From an uncultured delta proteobacterium (GTDB taxonomy: Bacteria; Desulfobacterota; Binatia; UBA9968), in the NCBI GenBank assembly GCA_963745035.1, contig CAVUVW010000021.1, positions 32,001-96,000 on the forward strand: a stretch of 64,000 nucleotides of DNA, written 5' to 3'. Within the stretch, counting starts at the first letter, position 1; each line of letters starts with the position of its first letter. This document shows positions 43,287-53,836 of the stretch, in pieces. The translations under genes were made by a program, and so were the position numbers. The notes beneath the pieces were generated by a model. It saw nothing but the letters and a program-made list of their open reading frames with translations. It had not been told where the DNA came from and did not search any database.

Positions 43287-43302
43287 TGGCATGTGTTCTG
43301 CT
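43287..43302 (+). promoter_or_regulatory. sigma54 promoter of the flp pilin
   Basis: TGGCATGTGTTCTGCT about 50 nt before the ATG. Confidence 0.8.
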
Positions 43303-43354
43303 TGAGCCTTGACCGTATTAAACACAGCTCAATCAGAAAGGGGGTGAACGATTC

Positions 43355-43549
43355 ATGGAACTTCTAAAGCGTTTGCTAGTTGAGGAGGATGGTCAAGGTC
43401 TCGTCGAATATACGTTGATCGTTGTCCTGGTCGCCTTGGTCTTCTGGGTTGCTATTAAAGAAACCGACATCGGTAGTGGTTTGGCCAGCGGCTGGAGCAA
43501 GGTTACCGCTTGCGTCGGTACTCCGACAGCTTGCGATTCAGCTTCGTAA
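43355..43549 (+). CDS. flp: Flp/Fap type IVc pilin
   Basis: EEDG|QGLVEY Flp motif followed by a hydrophobic helix. Confidence 0.95.
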   Translation: MELLKRLLVEEDGQGLVEYTLIVVLVALVFWVAIKETDIGSGLASGWSKVTACVGTPTACDSAS

Positions 43550-43570
43550 ACCACGCTCGGATCACCCGAA

Positions 43571-43615
43571 TAGGGGTAGTCCGGGAACGCAGATGGCGTT
43601 CCCTGACTATCCCTA
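43571..43615 (+). terminator. Long hairpin directly after the pilin gene
   Basis: TAGGGGTAGTCCGGGAACGC-AGATG-GCGTTCCCTGACTATCCCTA; no U-tract. Confidence 0.65.
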
Positions 43616-43637
43616 CTCGCCTCCTGAACAAAATTCG

Positions 43638-43666
43638 TTGACAAGATTTTCGATGAAGTGTACGCT
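43638..43666 (+). promoter_or_regulatory. sigma70-type promoter for the assembly genes
   Basis: TTGACA-17 nt-TACGCT. Confidence 0.6.
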
Positions 43667-43699
43667 TCGGCGGTTAATAAATAATGGTGTTTTAAACAA

Positions 43700-44230
43700 T
43701 TGGCTACAGACACGGCTATCTTAGTAATCAGTGGACTGTCGGCATTCTTTGATTTTAAAGTTAGAAGAATCCCGAATTGGCTTATTGCGTCCGGATTGCT
43801 GTGCGGCGTGACGTTGAACGCGATCCAAGGATACAATTTTTTGCTAGGCAGCATATTTGGATTTCTGGTGGGTATTGCTGTGCTCGTGCTTCCTTTCGCG
43901 CTTGGATGGATCGGCGCAGGCGACGTGAAATTTTTTGGCGTCATCGGTGCGCTTTTGGGTATCTCCTGGTTGCCGCGGGTTTTTTTCTATTCTGCAATTA
44001 TTGCCGGGGCAATTGCCGTTGGATATCTGCTGTTTGGTCTCGCAAGTTTATCTCGCCTAAAGGGATTTTGGCTTGATATAAAAACCACCGTTTTGAGTTT
44101 GGGGCATATGTTGCCCGATCCGGTGTATGTCCGAACTGAGGGGGGCTCCGTACCTTGGGGGGTTGCCTTTGCCGCTGGAACAATAATCGCTTACTATGTC
44201 GACCCTAGCGGTCAATGGGCTGGTTTTTGA
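43700..44230 (+). CDS. cpaA: Prepilin peptidase (A24, CpaA/TadV)
   Basis: DFKVRRIPN, GAGDVKF, VPWGVAFAAG. Confidence 0.92.
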   Translation: MATDTAILVISGLSAFFDFKVRRIPNWLIASGLLCGVTLNAIQGYNFLLGSIFGFLVGIAVLVLPFALGWIGAGDVKFFGVIGALLGISWLPRVFFYSAIIAGAIAVGYLLFGLASLSRLKGFWLDIKTTVLSLGHMLPDPVYVRTEGGSVPWGVAFAAGTIIAYYVDPSGQWAGF

Positions 44231-44308
44231 AATGGGCTGGTTTTTGAAATCGAGGCGAATACCGACCACATTACTTGGCAGACAATAAGGGTAAGATGAG
44301 GAGCTGTT

Positions 44309-45133
44309 ATGCAGAATAGACTTAAAATCGCGCTGGTTGTCGCGGTGTTTTTTGGTCTCATCGCGGCCTATGGGATCTACAACTTTCTTAGCCAGCGACA
44401 AAGAGAGACGGATTCATTGCGGGCTTTGAATCAAAATATCGTCGTGGCGGCGCAGGACATTCCGGCGGGCACAACCCTGAATGACGAGGCGCTTAAAAAG
44501 GGCATAATCAAGACCACGCCTTGGCCAAAAGCTTCAATACCAGCCGGAGCATTTTCTTCTCCCCAACAAGTTTTTGGTAAAGTGAACCGGGTTAAAATCC
44601 TTGCCAACGAGCCGATTGTGGAGTCTCGTCTTGCAGGCGAGGGAGCCGGTCTTACCGTTCGCTTGGAGGCTGGCAAGCGAGCTTTGGCGTTGCGCGTAGA
44701 CGAGATTGTCGGCGTTAGCGGTTTTATTGTTCCCGACGATCGGGTCGACGTGATTCTCACGACAACGCCCCTAGGCGCCGCGCAAGACGCTAAAATTTCA
44801 AAGATCGTCTTGCAAAATAAGCGGGTTTTATCGGTTGCGCAAAGTACCGAGCAAAAGGAGGGGAAGCCTCAACTCGCGCGTTCTATCACGCTGGAGGTTA
44901 CTCCTGAGGAAGCGGAAAAATTGTCGCTTGCGTCTCAAGAAGGACAGATTGTTTTGGCCCTGCGGGGACTTGGGGACGACGCTCAGTTGACAACGATCGG
45001 GAGCAATAAGCGGGACCTGTTATCTCTCGCGGCGGCACCGACCAAAACCGGCGGGCGCCCAACGCAGGCTCCGCCAGACAAGTATCGGGTGGAGGTCATT
45101 CTAGGCAGCAATCGAAATGTGGTGGAATTCTAA
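44309..45133 (+). CDS. cpaB: Flp pilus assembly protein CpaB/RcpC
   Basis: SAF domain VVAAQDIPAG, GVSGFIVPDDRVDV, LEVTPEEAEKL. Confidence 0.95.
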   Translation: MQNRLKIALVVAVFFGLIAAYGIYNFLSQRQRETDSLRALNQNIVVAAQDIPAGTTLNDEALKKGIIKTTPWPKASIPAGAFSSPQQVFGKVNRVKILANEPIVESRLAGEGAGLTVRLEAGKRALALRVDEIVGVSGFIVPDDRVDVILTTTPLGAAQDAKISKIVLQNKRVLSVAQSTEQKEGKPQLARSITLEVTPEEAEKLSLASQEGQIVLALRGLGDDAQLTTIGSNKRDLLSLAAAPTKTGGRPTQAPPDKYRVEVILGSNRNVVEF

Positions 45134-46678
45134 ATGGGAAGGGGAGAGTTCATGAGACACTGTTGTTTGGTCCGGGGGCGGCTAAATAAGGTAGTCAGTT
45201 TGGCGGCAGTCTGCTTGTGGGCTGCATTGGTCTCCGTAGCAGCAGCACAGCCGCAGGCCGCGCCGGCGATTACCGTCACGGTTAATAAGTCGATGGTATT
45301 TCGTCTCGCTGAGAAAGCCAAGCGCGTCTCGGTTTCGCAGCCGCAGGTAGCCGATGTGCTTGTCGTCGCGCCAAGCCAGTTGCTGATCAACGGTAAGAAC
45401 GTCGGTACCACATCGTTGATTATTTTTGATGAAAAGGGGGAAGTCTCAAACTACGACTTGATCGTGGCACCAGACATCGCTGCCCTGCGCGGCCAGCTAA
45501 GATCGGTGTTTCCCGAGGAGAAGGTTGAAATTTCCACTTCTGGTCCTTCTCTCGTGCTGCGAGGAGAGGTGTCGAACGAGACGGTTTACGACAGAGTGCT
45601 AGAGGTCGCCGCAACCTATCTGCCGCCGAAGCCACCGGCGCAGGTAGCTCCTTCGACGAGTCAGTCGCTCACATTTGGAGCTGCTCCTCAGGCCCAGATT
45701 AAATCCTCTGGCGTAGGATTTGCCGGAGGTGGGAATCTGGCCTTTGAGGAAGAAGGTTCAATAACGGACCCCTATCGTTGGGCCGACAAAAAGCAAATCG
45801 ATGGAATTATCGACCTGCTAGTGATCCGGGAGATGCGGCAAATTGAGCTCGACGTCATCGTCGCCGAAGTCGCGACGACGAAATTGAGAGACGTCGGCTT
45901 TGATATTCTTCAAAGCGGCAGAAATTTCAACAGCGCTTCACTCGTCGGCAGCCAAGCCTTTGGCTTATTACAGCCGGGCTCTAATGTGGACGCAGCGTCT
46001 CCGCTGGGTTTTAATTTACCCGCGACTTCAGGGATTTTCCGCTACGTCAACGGGTCCTATGCTTTAACCACGCTGTACCGAATGCTCCAGAACAAAAACG
46101 TGAGCCAGATTCTCGCGCAACCAAGACTCGTAACCAAGAACGGACGGAGCGCAGGCTTTCTGGCCGGAGGTGAATTTCCGGTTGTAGCCGTAACGGCGAA
46201 TACGTTTGGCGTTCTCTTCAAGCCCTTCGGTGTTCGCCTCGATTTCATTCCCACTTTGACGTGGTCGGATCGTATCGACTTGCGAATATTTCCCGAAGTA
46301 AGTCAAATCAGCTCCACGGTCGTTAACGGTGTTCCTGGCGTCGAGGTTCGACGCACGGTGAGTCGGGTTGAAATGAAAGAGGGGGAGAGCCTGATTATCG
46401 GGGGATTATTGGACCGGCGAATTTCCAAGGACCTGACAAAGTTTCCGGTCTTGGGCGATATCCCCGTTTTGGGCACGCTTTTCAGAAGCACTAAATTCGC
46501 CAACGAAGAGTCGGAGCTGGTATTCGTGATCACGCCGAGAGTCGTCCGCGCGTTCAAGCCGGGCGAGAGACCGCAGCTCCCAGCGATAGAAAAATACGAT
46601 GATCCAGACATCCGTCAGGTACCAGTCCCGGGCGGCGCGGCGGAGAAAAGACCGGCTCCGGGCGCTTCCATGCCGTGA
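45134..46678 (+). CDS. cpaC: Secretin CpaC/RcpA
   Basis: LAQPRL, FLAGGEFP, FGVRLDF, PVLGDIPVLGTLFRS. Confidence 0.95.
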   Translation: MGRGEFMRHCCLVRGRLNKVVSLAAVCLWAALVSVAAAQPQAAPAITVTVNKSMVFRLAEKAKRVSVSQPQVADVLVVAPSQLLINGKNVGTTSLIIFDEKGEVSNYDLIVAPDIAALRGQLRSVFPEEKVEISTSGPSLVLRGEVSNETVYDRVLEVAATYLPPKPPAQVAPSTSQSLTFGAAPQAQIKSSGVGFAGGGNLAFEEEGSITDPYRWADKKQIDGIIDLLVIREMRQIELDVIVAEVATTKLRDVGFDILQSGRNFNSASLVGSQAFGLLQPGSNVDAASPLGFNLPATSGIFRYVNGSYALTTLYRMLQNKNVSQILAQPRLVTKNGRSAGFLAGGEFPVVAVTANTFGVLFKPFGVRLDFIPTLTWSDRIDLRIFPEVSQISSTVVNGVPGVEVRRTVSRVEMKEGESLIIGGLLDRRISKDLTKFPVLGDIPVLGTLFRSTKFANEESELVFVITPRVVRAFKPGERPQLPAIEKYDDPDIRQVPVPGGAAEKRPAPGASMP

Positions 46679-46695
46679 GTAGCCCATAGCATAAC

Positions 46696-47928
46696 TTGCA
46701 TGAAATCATGAAGCTACCTGTCGTTCTAGTCGGAGAAGATAGCCTTGCATTGGCCTCTTTGAGGCAGCAGCTCGAAAGAGAGCCATCCGTTTCGATCGAG
46801 CCGAAAACATACGGTTATGGCGAGGCTTTCGAAGGGTTAAAAACGCGCAACGCTCCGGTTGTTGCTGTCGTGGATATCAATCTCGACCCCGAGCGCGCGT
46901 TCCAGGTCGCGGAGCAGATTAAGTTAAGATTGAATAGTGTGCGATTGGTGATGACTTCGCCGACGGGAGCTCCCGAAACAATCTTACGCGCTATGCGTTC
47001 GGGCGCCGAAGAGTTTTTGACGCAGCCTTTTAATTGGACCGAGTGTCTCAAATCGTTGGATACGATCCGCAAGAAAATCGACGTTCATACCACAAAATCA
47101 GTCGAACGCGGACATATTATCGCTGTTTCTTCGAACAAGGGCGGGGTCGGTTCAACCACTGCGGCAACCAATTTGGCCGCGTGTCTTGTGGCGCAAAATA
47201 GGTCTGTTTGCTTGGTCGATTTGGTCCTCCAGTTTGGTTCCGTGACGAGTTTTCTCAATATTGAGGCCTCCTATACAATTTTAGATTTGGTCAAGAACCT
47301 AAAGCGCATCGATCCCCTCTTTTTGGACGGCTCTCTGGTGAAGCATGCTTCTGGAATCAGGATTCTTGCCGAGCCGTTTTATGCCGAGGACGCGCGGCGT
47401 ATCACCCCTGCCGACATCGACGAGATCCTCGAAGTTTTGGCCCAATCCTTTGACTTTGTCGTCGTTGACACGCCCAAAGAATTTGATGATATGCTCGCCT
47501 TGGTGCTGGATAAATCGAACTTGATCCTCTTCATTACTGAAATGGACGTGCCCTCGCTGAAGAGCGCCCACCGAGCGTTGGAACTGTTTGAGCGCATGGG
47601 AATTTACGACAAGAAGATTCGGTTGATTTTAAACCGCTACGTGAAAAGCAAGTTGATGACGCTGGAGTCGGTGGAGAAGGCATTGGGCGTGAAGGTTTTT
47701 TGGACTTTACCGAACAACTATCCGGTGGCGATTGCAGCGGTCAATCAAGGCTTATCAATAGAAGAATGCGATGCGCGCTCTGATATCGCAAAAAGTTATC
47801 TGGGGTTGACCGAGTCGGTCTTGAGCACCTTCATGTTTTCCGGCGCATCTCGGGCTGATACAGCGGAGGATAAGAGGGCCGGTTTTCTAGGGCGATTGCT
47901 ACCGCCAGTGCGCGGCTTAACCAAGTAA
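46696..47928 (+). CDS. cpaE: CpaE/TadZ (atypical REC + MinD-like domain)
   Basis: AMRSGAEEFL, KGGVGSTT, FDFVVVD. Confidence 0.93.
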   Translation: MHEIMKLPVVLVGEDSLALASLRQQLEREPSVSIEPKTYGYGEAFEGLKTRNAPVVAVVDINLDPERAFQVAEQIKLRLNSVRLVMTSPTGAPETILRAMRSGAEEFLTQPFNWTECLKSLDTIRKKIDVHTTKSVERGHIIAVSSNKGGVGSTTAATNLAACLVAQNRSVCLVDLVLQFGSVTSFLNIEASYTILDLVKNLKRIDPLFLDGSLVKHASGIRILAEPFYAEDARRITPADIDEILEVLAQSFDFVVVDTPKEFDDMLALVLDKSNLILFITEMDVPSLKSAHRALELFERMGIYDKKIRLILNRYVKSKLMTLESVEKALGVKVFWTLPNNYPVAIAAVNQGLSIEECDARSDIAKSYLGLTESVLSTFMFSGASRADTAEDKRAGFLGRLLPPVRGLTK

Positions 47929-47940
47929 AGGGCTAGTGCA

Positions 47941-49422
47941 ATGAAAAATCCATCTTTTGACACCGACAAGGACCGTTGGGAATCCGACAGGAGTGCCGGC
48001 GATGGGCCGCGGGGTCCGTTCCGATCGCTCCAGACAACCAGTCCTGACGTAATTTTGCAGGATCTCAGGCTTCGAATTCACCGCCGCCTTATCGATACGT
48101 TGGATCTCTCCAAGTTGTCCAATTTGGAAATGGAGCGAGTGAGGGTGGAGATCCGCCGCATTCTTGAAGACATGGTCATGGCGGAAGCGATCCCTTTAAG
48201 CCGGTCGGACCGCGACCGCCTCGTCATGGAAGTTCAGCACGAGGTATTTGGCCTCGGACCACTCGAGACTTTAATGAAAGATCCGGAAATCTCGGATATC
48301 CTGGTTAATTCGTCAAGTCAAATCTACGTTGAGCGCTACGGCAAGCTTGAGAAAACCGACGTGCGGTTTCGTGACGACGCCCATTTGATGCAAATTATTG
48401 AGCGCATCGTAACTCGCGTTGGCCGACGCGTGGATGAAAGTTCGCCGATGGTAGACGCCCGACTGTCGGACGGCTCGCGTGTCAACGCGATCATTCCGCC
48501 GCTGGCCCTCGATGGCCCAGTCCTATCGATTCGTCGTTTCGGCGCCGAGCGGTTGACGATCAACGACTTGATTCAGTTCAATTCCATACCGCCGCAAATT
48601 GCCGAAGTCGCCGCTGCCTGCGTCAAATCGCGCCTCAATATGATCGTCTCGGGAGGTACCGGCGCCGGCAAAACGACGCTGCTCAATTGCTTGTCGAATT
48701 ATATTCCCGAAAACGAACGAATCGTCACCATTGAAGACTCGGCTGAGTTAAAGCTGCAGCAAGAGCATGTAGTGCGGCTGGAAACCCGACCTCCGAACAT
48801 CGAGGGGCAGGGCTCGGTGACGGCCCGGGATTTGGTTCGAAATGCGCTCCGCATGAGACCTGATCGAATCGTTATCGGCGAGGTGCGCGGTGGCGAGGCG
48901 CTCGACATGATGCAGGCCATGAACACCGGCCATGACGGGTCGATCAGCACCATTCACGCCAATAGCGCCCGTGATGCGCTTTCCCGGCTCGAAACCATGA
49001 TGCTTATGGCGGGTATCAACTTGCCGGAGCGGGCTCTGCGCGAGCAAGCCGCCTCGGCGATTGATGTCATTGTTCAGTTGACCAGATTGACTGACGGCAG
49101 CAGGAAAGTCGTCGAATTTTCCGAAGTCACCGGCATGGAAGGCAATACGATCACAACGCAGACCATTTTCAAATTTGAACAGCGCGGCATCGAGAACGGC
49201 AAGGTAGTCGGTGAGTTCGTTGCCACCGGAGTGATGCCATCGTTTATGGATCGACTGGAGCGTTATGGCTTCCGGATCCCCAACAGCCATTTTCTGCCGG
49301 TAACGATGGGCGCGACAAGAGAAGAGCGTTATGAGCCTGCTCATCATCAGCATATTTGCATTTTTGTCTGCCGTATCGCTGATTGTTATCCTGTTCATGC
49401 TGCCGATGGCCGTGCAGGATAG
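47941..49422 (+). CDS. cpaF: Pilus assembly ATPase CpaF/TadA (3' end uncertain)
   Basis: [32 protein letters not shown]. Confidence 0.97.
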   Translation: MKNPSFDTDKDRWESDRSAGDGPRGPFRSLQTTSPDVILQDLRLRIHRRLIDTLDLSKLSNLEMERVRVEIRRILEDMVMAEAIPLSRSDRDRLVMEVQHEVFGLGPLETLMKDPEISDILVNSSSQIYVERYGKLEKTDVRFRDDAHLMQIIERIVTRVGRRVDESSPMVDARLSDGSRVNAIIPPLALDGPVLSIRRFGAERLTINDLIQFNSIPPQIAEVAAACVKSRLNMIVSGGTGAGKTTLLNCLSNYIPENERIVTIEDSAELKLQQEHVVRLETRPPNIEGQGSVTARDLVRNALRMRPDRIVIGEVRGGEALDMMQAMNTGHDGSISTIHANSARDALSRLETMMLMAGINLPERALREQAASAIDVIVQLTRLTDGSRKVVEFSEVTGMEGNTITTQTIFKFEQRGIENGKVVGEFVATGVMPSFMDRLERYGFRIPNSHFLPVTMGATREERYEPAHHQHICIFVCRIADCYPVHAADGRAG

Positions 49423-50305
49423 TCCGCAGGCGCGAATCAAGCGCCGTCTCACGACAATTGGGCGTTTAGACCGCGCATCGAGAGCCGAAGTGCAGAATAT
49501 TTTGAAAACTGCGGTTTACAGCGAAGTTCCGTGGATCCATAATATTTTGTCGCGCATCAAATTTGTCCAGAAGATCGATCTGTTGCTGGAACGGGGTAAT
49601 CTCGACATGACGCCCGGCGTGTTCCTGCTGTGCTCAATTGGGGCCGCCGGCGTCACCTTTTTTCTGGCTTCGATTATCGGTCAACCCACGTCGATAAGTT
49701 TTATTTTTGCTTTGATCGCGCTGTGCTGTCCCTATATTTATTTGCAATTCGTGATCTGGAAACGGCTTAGAAAATTTCTTGAGCAATTTCCCGATGGTCT
49801 GGACATGATCAGCCAGAGCCTTCAAGCCGGATTGGGATTGACCCAGTCGATGGTCTTTGTCGCCAAAGAAATGCCTGATCCATTGGGCACCGAATTTTCG
49901 GTTTTTATCGAAGAGGTGAATTTAGGTCTACCCCTTGCCGAAGCCCTGAAAAAGTTCGAGGAGCGCATGAACCTGCCTGAAGTGCGGCTATTCAATACCG
50001 CGCTTATGGTGCAGCGCGAAGTCGGCGGCAGTCTTGCCGAGCTGCTGAACAAACTGTCGAATATTATTCGCGATCGCTTCCGCATAGAGCGGTTGATCAA
50101 GAGCTTGACCGCGCAGAACCGCATCAGCGCTTGGACGGTCTGCTCCGTTCCGCCATTTCTCGCTGTGTTCATGTTCATGCGGGAGCCCGTGATGATGAAC
50201 AAAATGATGCAGCATCCTGTCGGACGGGGCATGCTGGCGGCAGCGCTGGTTCTGGAAGTCGTCGGCATCCTGGTATTCCGCAAGATCATCAAGATCAATA
50301 TTTAG
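49331..50305 (+). CDS. tadB: TadB platform protein
   Basis: QFPDGLD...[13 protein letters not shown]. Confidence 0.93.
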   Translation: MSLLIISIFAFLSAVSLIVILFMLPMAVQDSPQARIKRRLTTIGRLDRASRAEVQNILKTAVYSEVPWIHNILSRIKFVQKIDLLLERGNLDMTPGVFLLCSIGAAGVTFFLASIIGQPTSISFIFALIALCCPYIYLQFVIWKRLRKFLEQFPDGLDMISQSLQAGLGLTQSMVFVAKEMPDPLGTEFSVFIEEVNLGLPLAEALKKFEERMNLPEVRLFNTALMVQREVGGSLAELLNKLSNIIRDRFRIERLIKSLTAQNRISAWTVCSVPPFLAVFMFMREPVMMNKMMQHPVGRGMLAAALVLEVVGILVFRKIIKINI

Positions 50306-50313
50306 GGAACGCG

Positions 50314-51243
50314 ATGGCACTTTTAATTGCGATCGGATTTTTTGGCCTGATATCGGCGGTCGTTTATTTTCTGCTCGCCGCCCGAGCACCGGTCTCCGAC
50401 GACGCTATCCAGAGACGCCTGGAAAATATCGGCCTTCAGACCGAATCAAGAACGCAGTTCAAGCTCCACGAAGAGGAGGAGCTAACCTTTTGGGAGCGCG
50501 TCGCGAATTTCTTTTTCGGCGACCGCGAGCTTCCCGAGAGATTCAACATGGCCAGCCAGCGCTTGCACCAGGCAGGTTACCGCGGCAATCGAGCCATCCG
50601 AATCTTTTGGGGTCTTAGGATTTTTCTGTGCATTGCGTTCGGTTTCGCCGGGTTGTTGTTGGCGCTGACCAAGAATGCATCGATGTCCGATTTGTTCCTG
50701 CTCGTCGGGGCTGGTTCCATTACCGGTTACATGTTGCCCATGCTCACGGTGTTCCGTAAATCGAGAGCCAGGGTACGCGAAATGCGCAATACTCTGCCGG
50801 ATACGCTTGATTTGATCGTGGTTTGCGTGGAGGCCGGCATGGGCGTCGATGCTGCTCTGAATCGCGTCGGCCGGGAGCAGAACTCACAAGGTATGGCGCT
50901 AGGCGAAGAACTCGTTCTCGCTACCCAAGAAATGCAGGCAGGAGCGGTTCGCAAGGATGCCTTGCTGCGGCTCGCTGAGAGAGTCGGCATCGACGAGTTT
51001 AGGGCCTTGGTAACGTTTCTCACGCAAACCGAGGAAATGGGCGGCAGCATCGCCCGCTCGCTGCGAGTTTATGCCGAGACTATGCGAGACAAGCGCAGCC
51101 AGGCGGCCGAAGAAGCGGCCCGCAAGACCGTTATCAAGTTGATTTTTCCTCTGGTGTTTTTTATTCTTCCGGCGATTTTTATCATTCTCCTGGGCCCTCC
51201 GGGCTTGGGAATTATGGAAATGCTTTCCGATCCTTTGCGTTAG
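50314..51243 (+). CDS. tadC: TadC platform protein
   Basis: LPDTLDLIVVCVEAG, AEEAARKTVIKLIFPL. Confidence 0.93.
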   Translation: MALLIAIGFFGLISAVVYFLLAARAPVSDDAIQRRLENIGLQTESRTQFKLHEEEELTFWERVANFFFGDRELPERFNMASQRLHQAGYRGNRAIRIFWGLRIFLCIAFGFAGLLLALTKNASMSDLFLLVGAGSITGYMLPMLTVFRKSRARVREMRNTLPDTLDLIVVCVEAGMGVDAALNRVGREQNSQGMALGEELVLATQEMQAGAVRKDALLRLAERVGIDEFRALVTFLTQTEEMGGSIARSLRVYAETMRDKRSQAAEEAARKTVIKLIFPLVFFILPAIFIILLGPPGLGIMEMLSDPLR

Positions 51244-51254
51244 GAACTGAAGTC

Positions 51255-51653
51255 GTGCCGATCATCAATCTGACCAAGGAAACCTGGCTTGCCACAAAGG
51301 TGCGCAAGGCAGATAATTTTCTCACTCGCTTGGTTGGGTTGCTAAAGCGAACGCATCTCGGGCCGGAAGAAGCTCTGTGGCTGATGCCGAGCAAGGGAAT
51401 TCATACCATCGGAATGAAGTTTCCCATCGATGTCGTGTTTTTGACGAAGAGGAATGAAGTTATCGGTTTGATTTCCGGACTGGCGCCTTATCGGATCAGC
51501 GCGGTTCATCTACGGGGCTACAGCGTCATCGAGTTGCCCAACGGCACAATTAAAAAATCCCACACCGAACTTGGCGACAAACTCGAAATCTCCTTAGCGG
51601 AAGTGTCTGAAATGGACGATCTCAAAGACACGCGCTTGAGTCAGATCGGATAG
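51255..51653 (+). CDS. DUF192 family protein
   Basis: ADNFLTRLVGLL, IHTIGMKFPIDVVFL, VIELPNG. Confidence 0.88.
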   Translation: MPIINLTKETWLATKVRKADNFLTRLVGLLKRTHLGPEEALWLMPSKGIHTIGMKFPIDVVFLTKRNEVIGLISGLAPYRISAVHLRGYSVIELPNGTIKKSHTELGDKLEISLAEVSEMDDLKDTRLSQIG

Positions 51654-51695
51654 TTTGCCTCAATGGCGCAAATCTGTTAAGCAACGTCCGCAGGT

Positions 51696-52208
51696 TTGAT
51701 CATGGGCAAAAAAAATCCACGTAGGTGGTCGATTTCTTTGCAGAAATGTCCTTGTTTTGCCAATAAGGGGCAAGCAGCGGTTGAGTTTACCCTCGTTTTT
51801 ATTCTCCTTGTAATCATCGCTTGGATCCCTGCTGACTTTGGGTTGGCATTCTACACCGGCCAAATAGCTCAGAACGCCGTCCGAGAGGGTGCTAGGATTG
51901 CTGCCGCCGATCCGACACTAGCGGCAACTAACACCACATGTGGACCTCCCCTCTCCTCCTGTTTCGGTTTTGGTAATATTTTTAATGAAACTGCAGTCCG
52001 TTTGCCTTCGGCGCTAATGGGCTCATCTACTCAAATTGCGGTCAGTTACCCGGCGGCTGGTTCATCAGCTTGCAACCAGTTGGTGAGTGTCAGCGTCTCC
52101 GGCCAGTATCCGTTTTTTTTCTACAAGATACTTCGCTTTATCGGAATCGATGTAAACATTCCAACCATACAGCGCTCAAGCATTATGAGGTGGGAGCACA
52201 CATGCTGA
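51696..52208 (+). CDS. tadE: TadE-like minor pilin
   Basis: KG|QAAVEF, NAVREGAR. Confidence 0.9.
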   Translation: MIMGKKNPRRWSISLQKCPCFANKGQAAVEFTLVFILLVIIAWIPADFGLAFYTGQIAQNAVREGARIAAADPTLAATNTTCGPPLSSCFGFGNIFNETAVRLPSALMGSSTQIAVSYPAAGSSACNQLVSVSVSGQYPFFFYKILRFIGIDVNIPTIQRSSIMRWEHTC

Positions 52209-52696
52209 GGACTGGTTTTCTGCCGAAAGTCTTAAACCGGAAGGGACAGAGCATTGTCGAGTTGGCATTAATCACTCCTCTACTTTTGGTGGCCTTGTAC
52301 GTCCCGGCCGATTTCGGCGTAGCCTTTTCAGTCGCACATCTAACCCAGAATGCCGTGCGAGAAGCAGCCCGCAGAGGAGCGTCTACCGATCCCTTTGATA
52401 TTGCCGCAAGTACCGCTATTAAGAACGACGCTCTTATTAAAATCCCGGCGTGGTTCGGAGGCTCGAAAACCGCAACGGTTACTTTTCATGCAGACGGAGC
52501 GGCGGATTGCGCCCGGTTTGTCCAGGTCACCGGGGGAGGAACCTACGATTACTTTCTTTATAGGGTCATGTACCTTTTTGGTTTTTCCCCTCCGGACAAT
52601 CAGCAAATTATACGCACAGCGCGTATGCGTTATGCCGCTCAGCCGGCTACATACCATGCACCCTGTAGCGACACTCCGACGATTACCTCGCCTTAG
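52202..52696 (+). CDS. Second TadE/TadF-like minor pilin
   Basis: KG|QSIVEL, NAVREAAR. Confidence 0.9.
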   Translation: MLRTGFLPKVLNRKGQSIVELALITPLLLVALYVPADFGVAFSVAHLTQNAVREAARRGASTDPFDIAASTAIKNDALIKIPAWFGGSKTATVTFHADGAADCARFVQVTGGGTYDYFLYRVMYLFGFSPPDNQQIIRTARMRYAAQPATYHAPCSDTPTITSP

Positions 52697-52720
52697 CGGA
52701 GTTTGTTAAGGAGATTTGAA

Positions 52721-53736
52721 ATGCATTCGGTAAGTAACGATAAGGGCTCGGTGCTGGTGTTCATGACTCTCATGATCGTGTTGTTGATGATCATGGTAGG
52801 AATGGGGCTGGATACCGGTCAACTCACCTATAGCCGAGCTACGGGGCAAGCGGCCGTTGACGCTGCCGCTCTGTCGGCTGTTTCCGCGCTACCCAGCCGC
52901 ATTGCAGCAGACGTCGAAACCCGAGCAGCCGCCTTTGCTTCGAACAATAATTACGTCGACAGTCCCAATAATCTGATCAAAGCCGCAAATGTCAGCTATA
53001 TTCAGTATGATTTCACCACGAACCAGATCACCAATTATTCCGCACCTATCGCAACCGCAAATGGGGTAAGGGTTGCTTTGGAGCAAGCGACTAACAGCGC
53101 GATAGCGACTCCCGCTTTTCTCACGCCGCTGTTCAAGCTATTTGGGGGCTCGGCTCCGGGAGCTAATAATGTAAACGTTAGCGCGGTTTCGGTTATAACA
53201 TGCGAAGCCGTCTATCCCAATTGCTTTATGGTCGGGCTAGTGCCCGCAAAACGGGGTCGAGTATCTTCGCCAAATACAGATGCAACACCCGGATCAGAAA
53301 GCTGACGGTAACGAGAACTCTTGTTGGACAACCTTTTTCGATTGTTCTTCGGGCGCACCGGACATTAAAGCTGGGTTCACGACGGCGGGAAGCTGCTCGG
53401 GTAGCGGATTCGCAGGGAATCTCGCTCTGGGCAGTATGATCTGCCAGAATAAAGGGCAGGTGAACAGTGTTTTGCAAGCAGCTAAGGATTTCTTCGCGGC
53501 TAACCCAAACCGTTGGTGGGTCGTTCCGGTTCTATCGGGCGGCGGCGAATTGTGATCCAGACAACCCGACAGGAATTGTGAACTTTGCCAAAATTTGGCC
53601 AATATCCGTCGAAACTACAGGAAATCCTAAGTATATAGAAGCGAAGGTAGAGTGCGGTCCGGAACTCATAAACGATGTTGCAACGAGTCTGTGTCATTCT
53701 CACAGGCTGGTGCGGGAGCCTGGCAAGGGATATTGA
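52721..53736 (+). CDS. tadG: TadG-like Cys-rich pilus protein (indels near 53200-53240 and 53548)
   Basis: KG|SVLVF, GLDTG, QAAVDAAAL; continues in ORFs 53280-53555 and 53467-53736. Confidence 0.8.
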
Positions 53737-53836
53737 GCAGTTCAGCCGCGACTTAAGCTATTCAGCCTCTATTGCCAATTGGAGCGGCCGGCGATTTGAA
53801 ATGTCGGCCATTCCATGGGTGAGTTCTAGCTAATTC

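Noticed and set aside
49331-49422. 92-nt cpaF/tadB overlap as a real overlapping-gene feature
   Set aside because: The CpaF tail looks like off-frame tadB sequence; one indel near 49300-49330 would give a normal short overlap.
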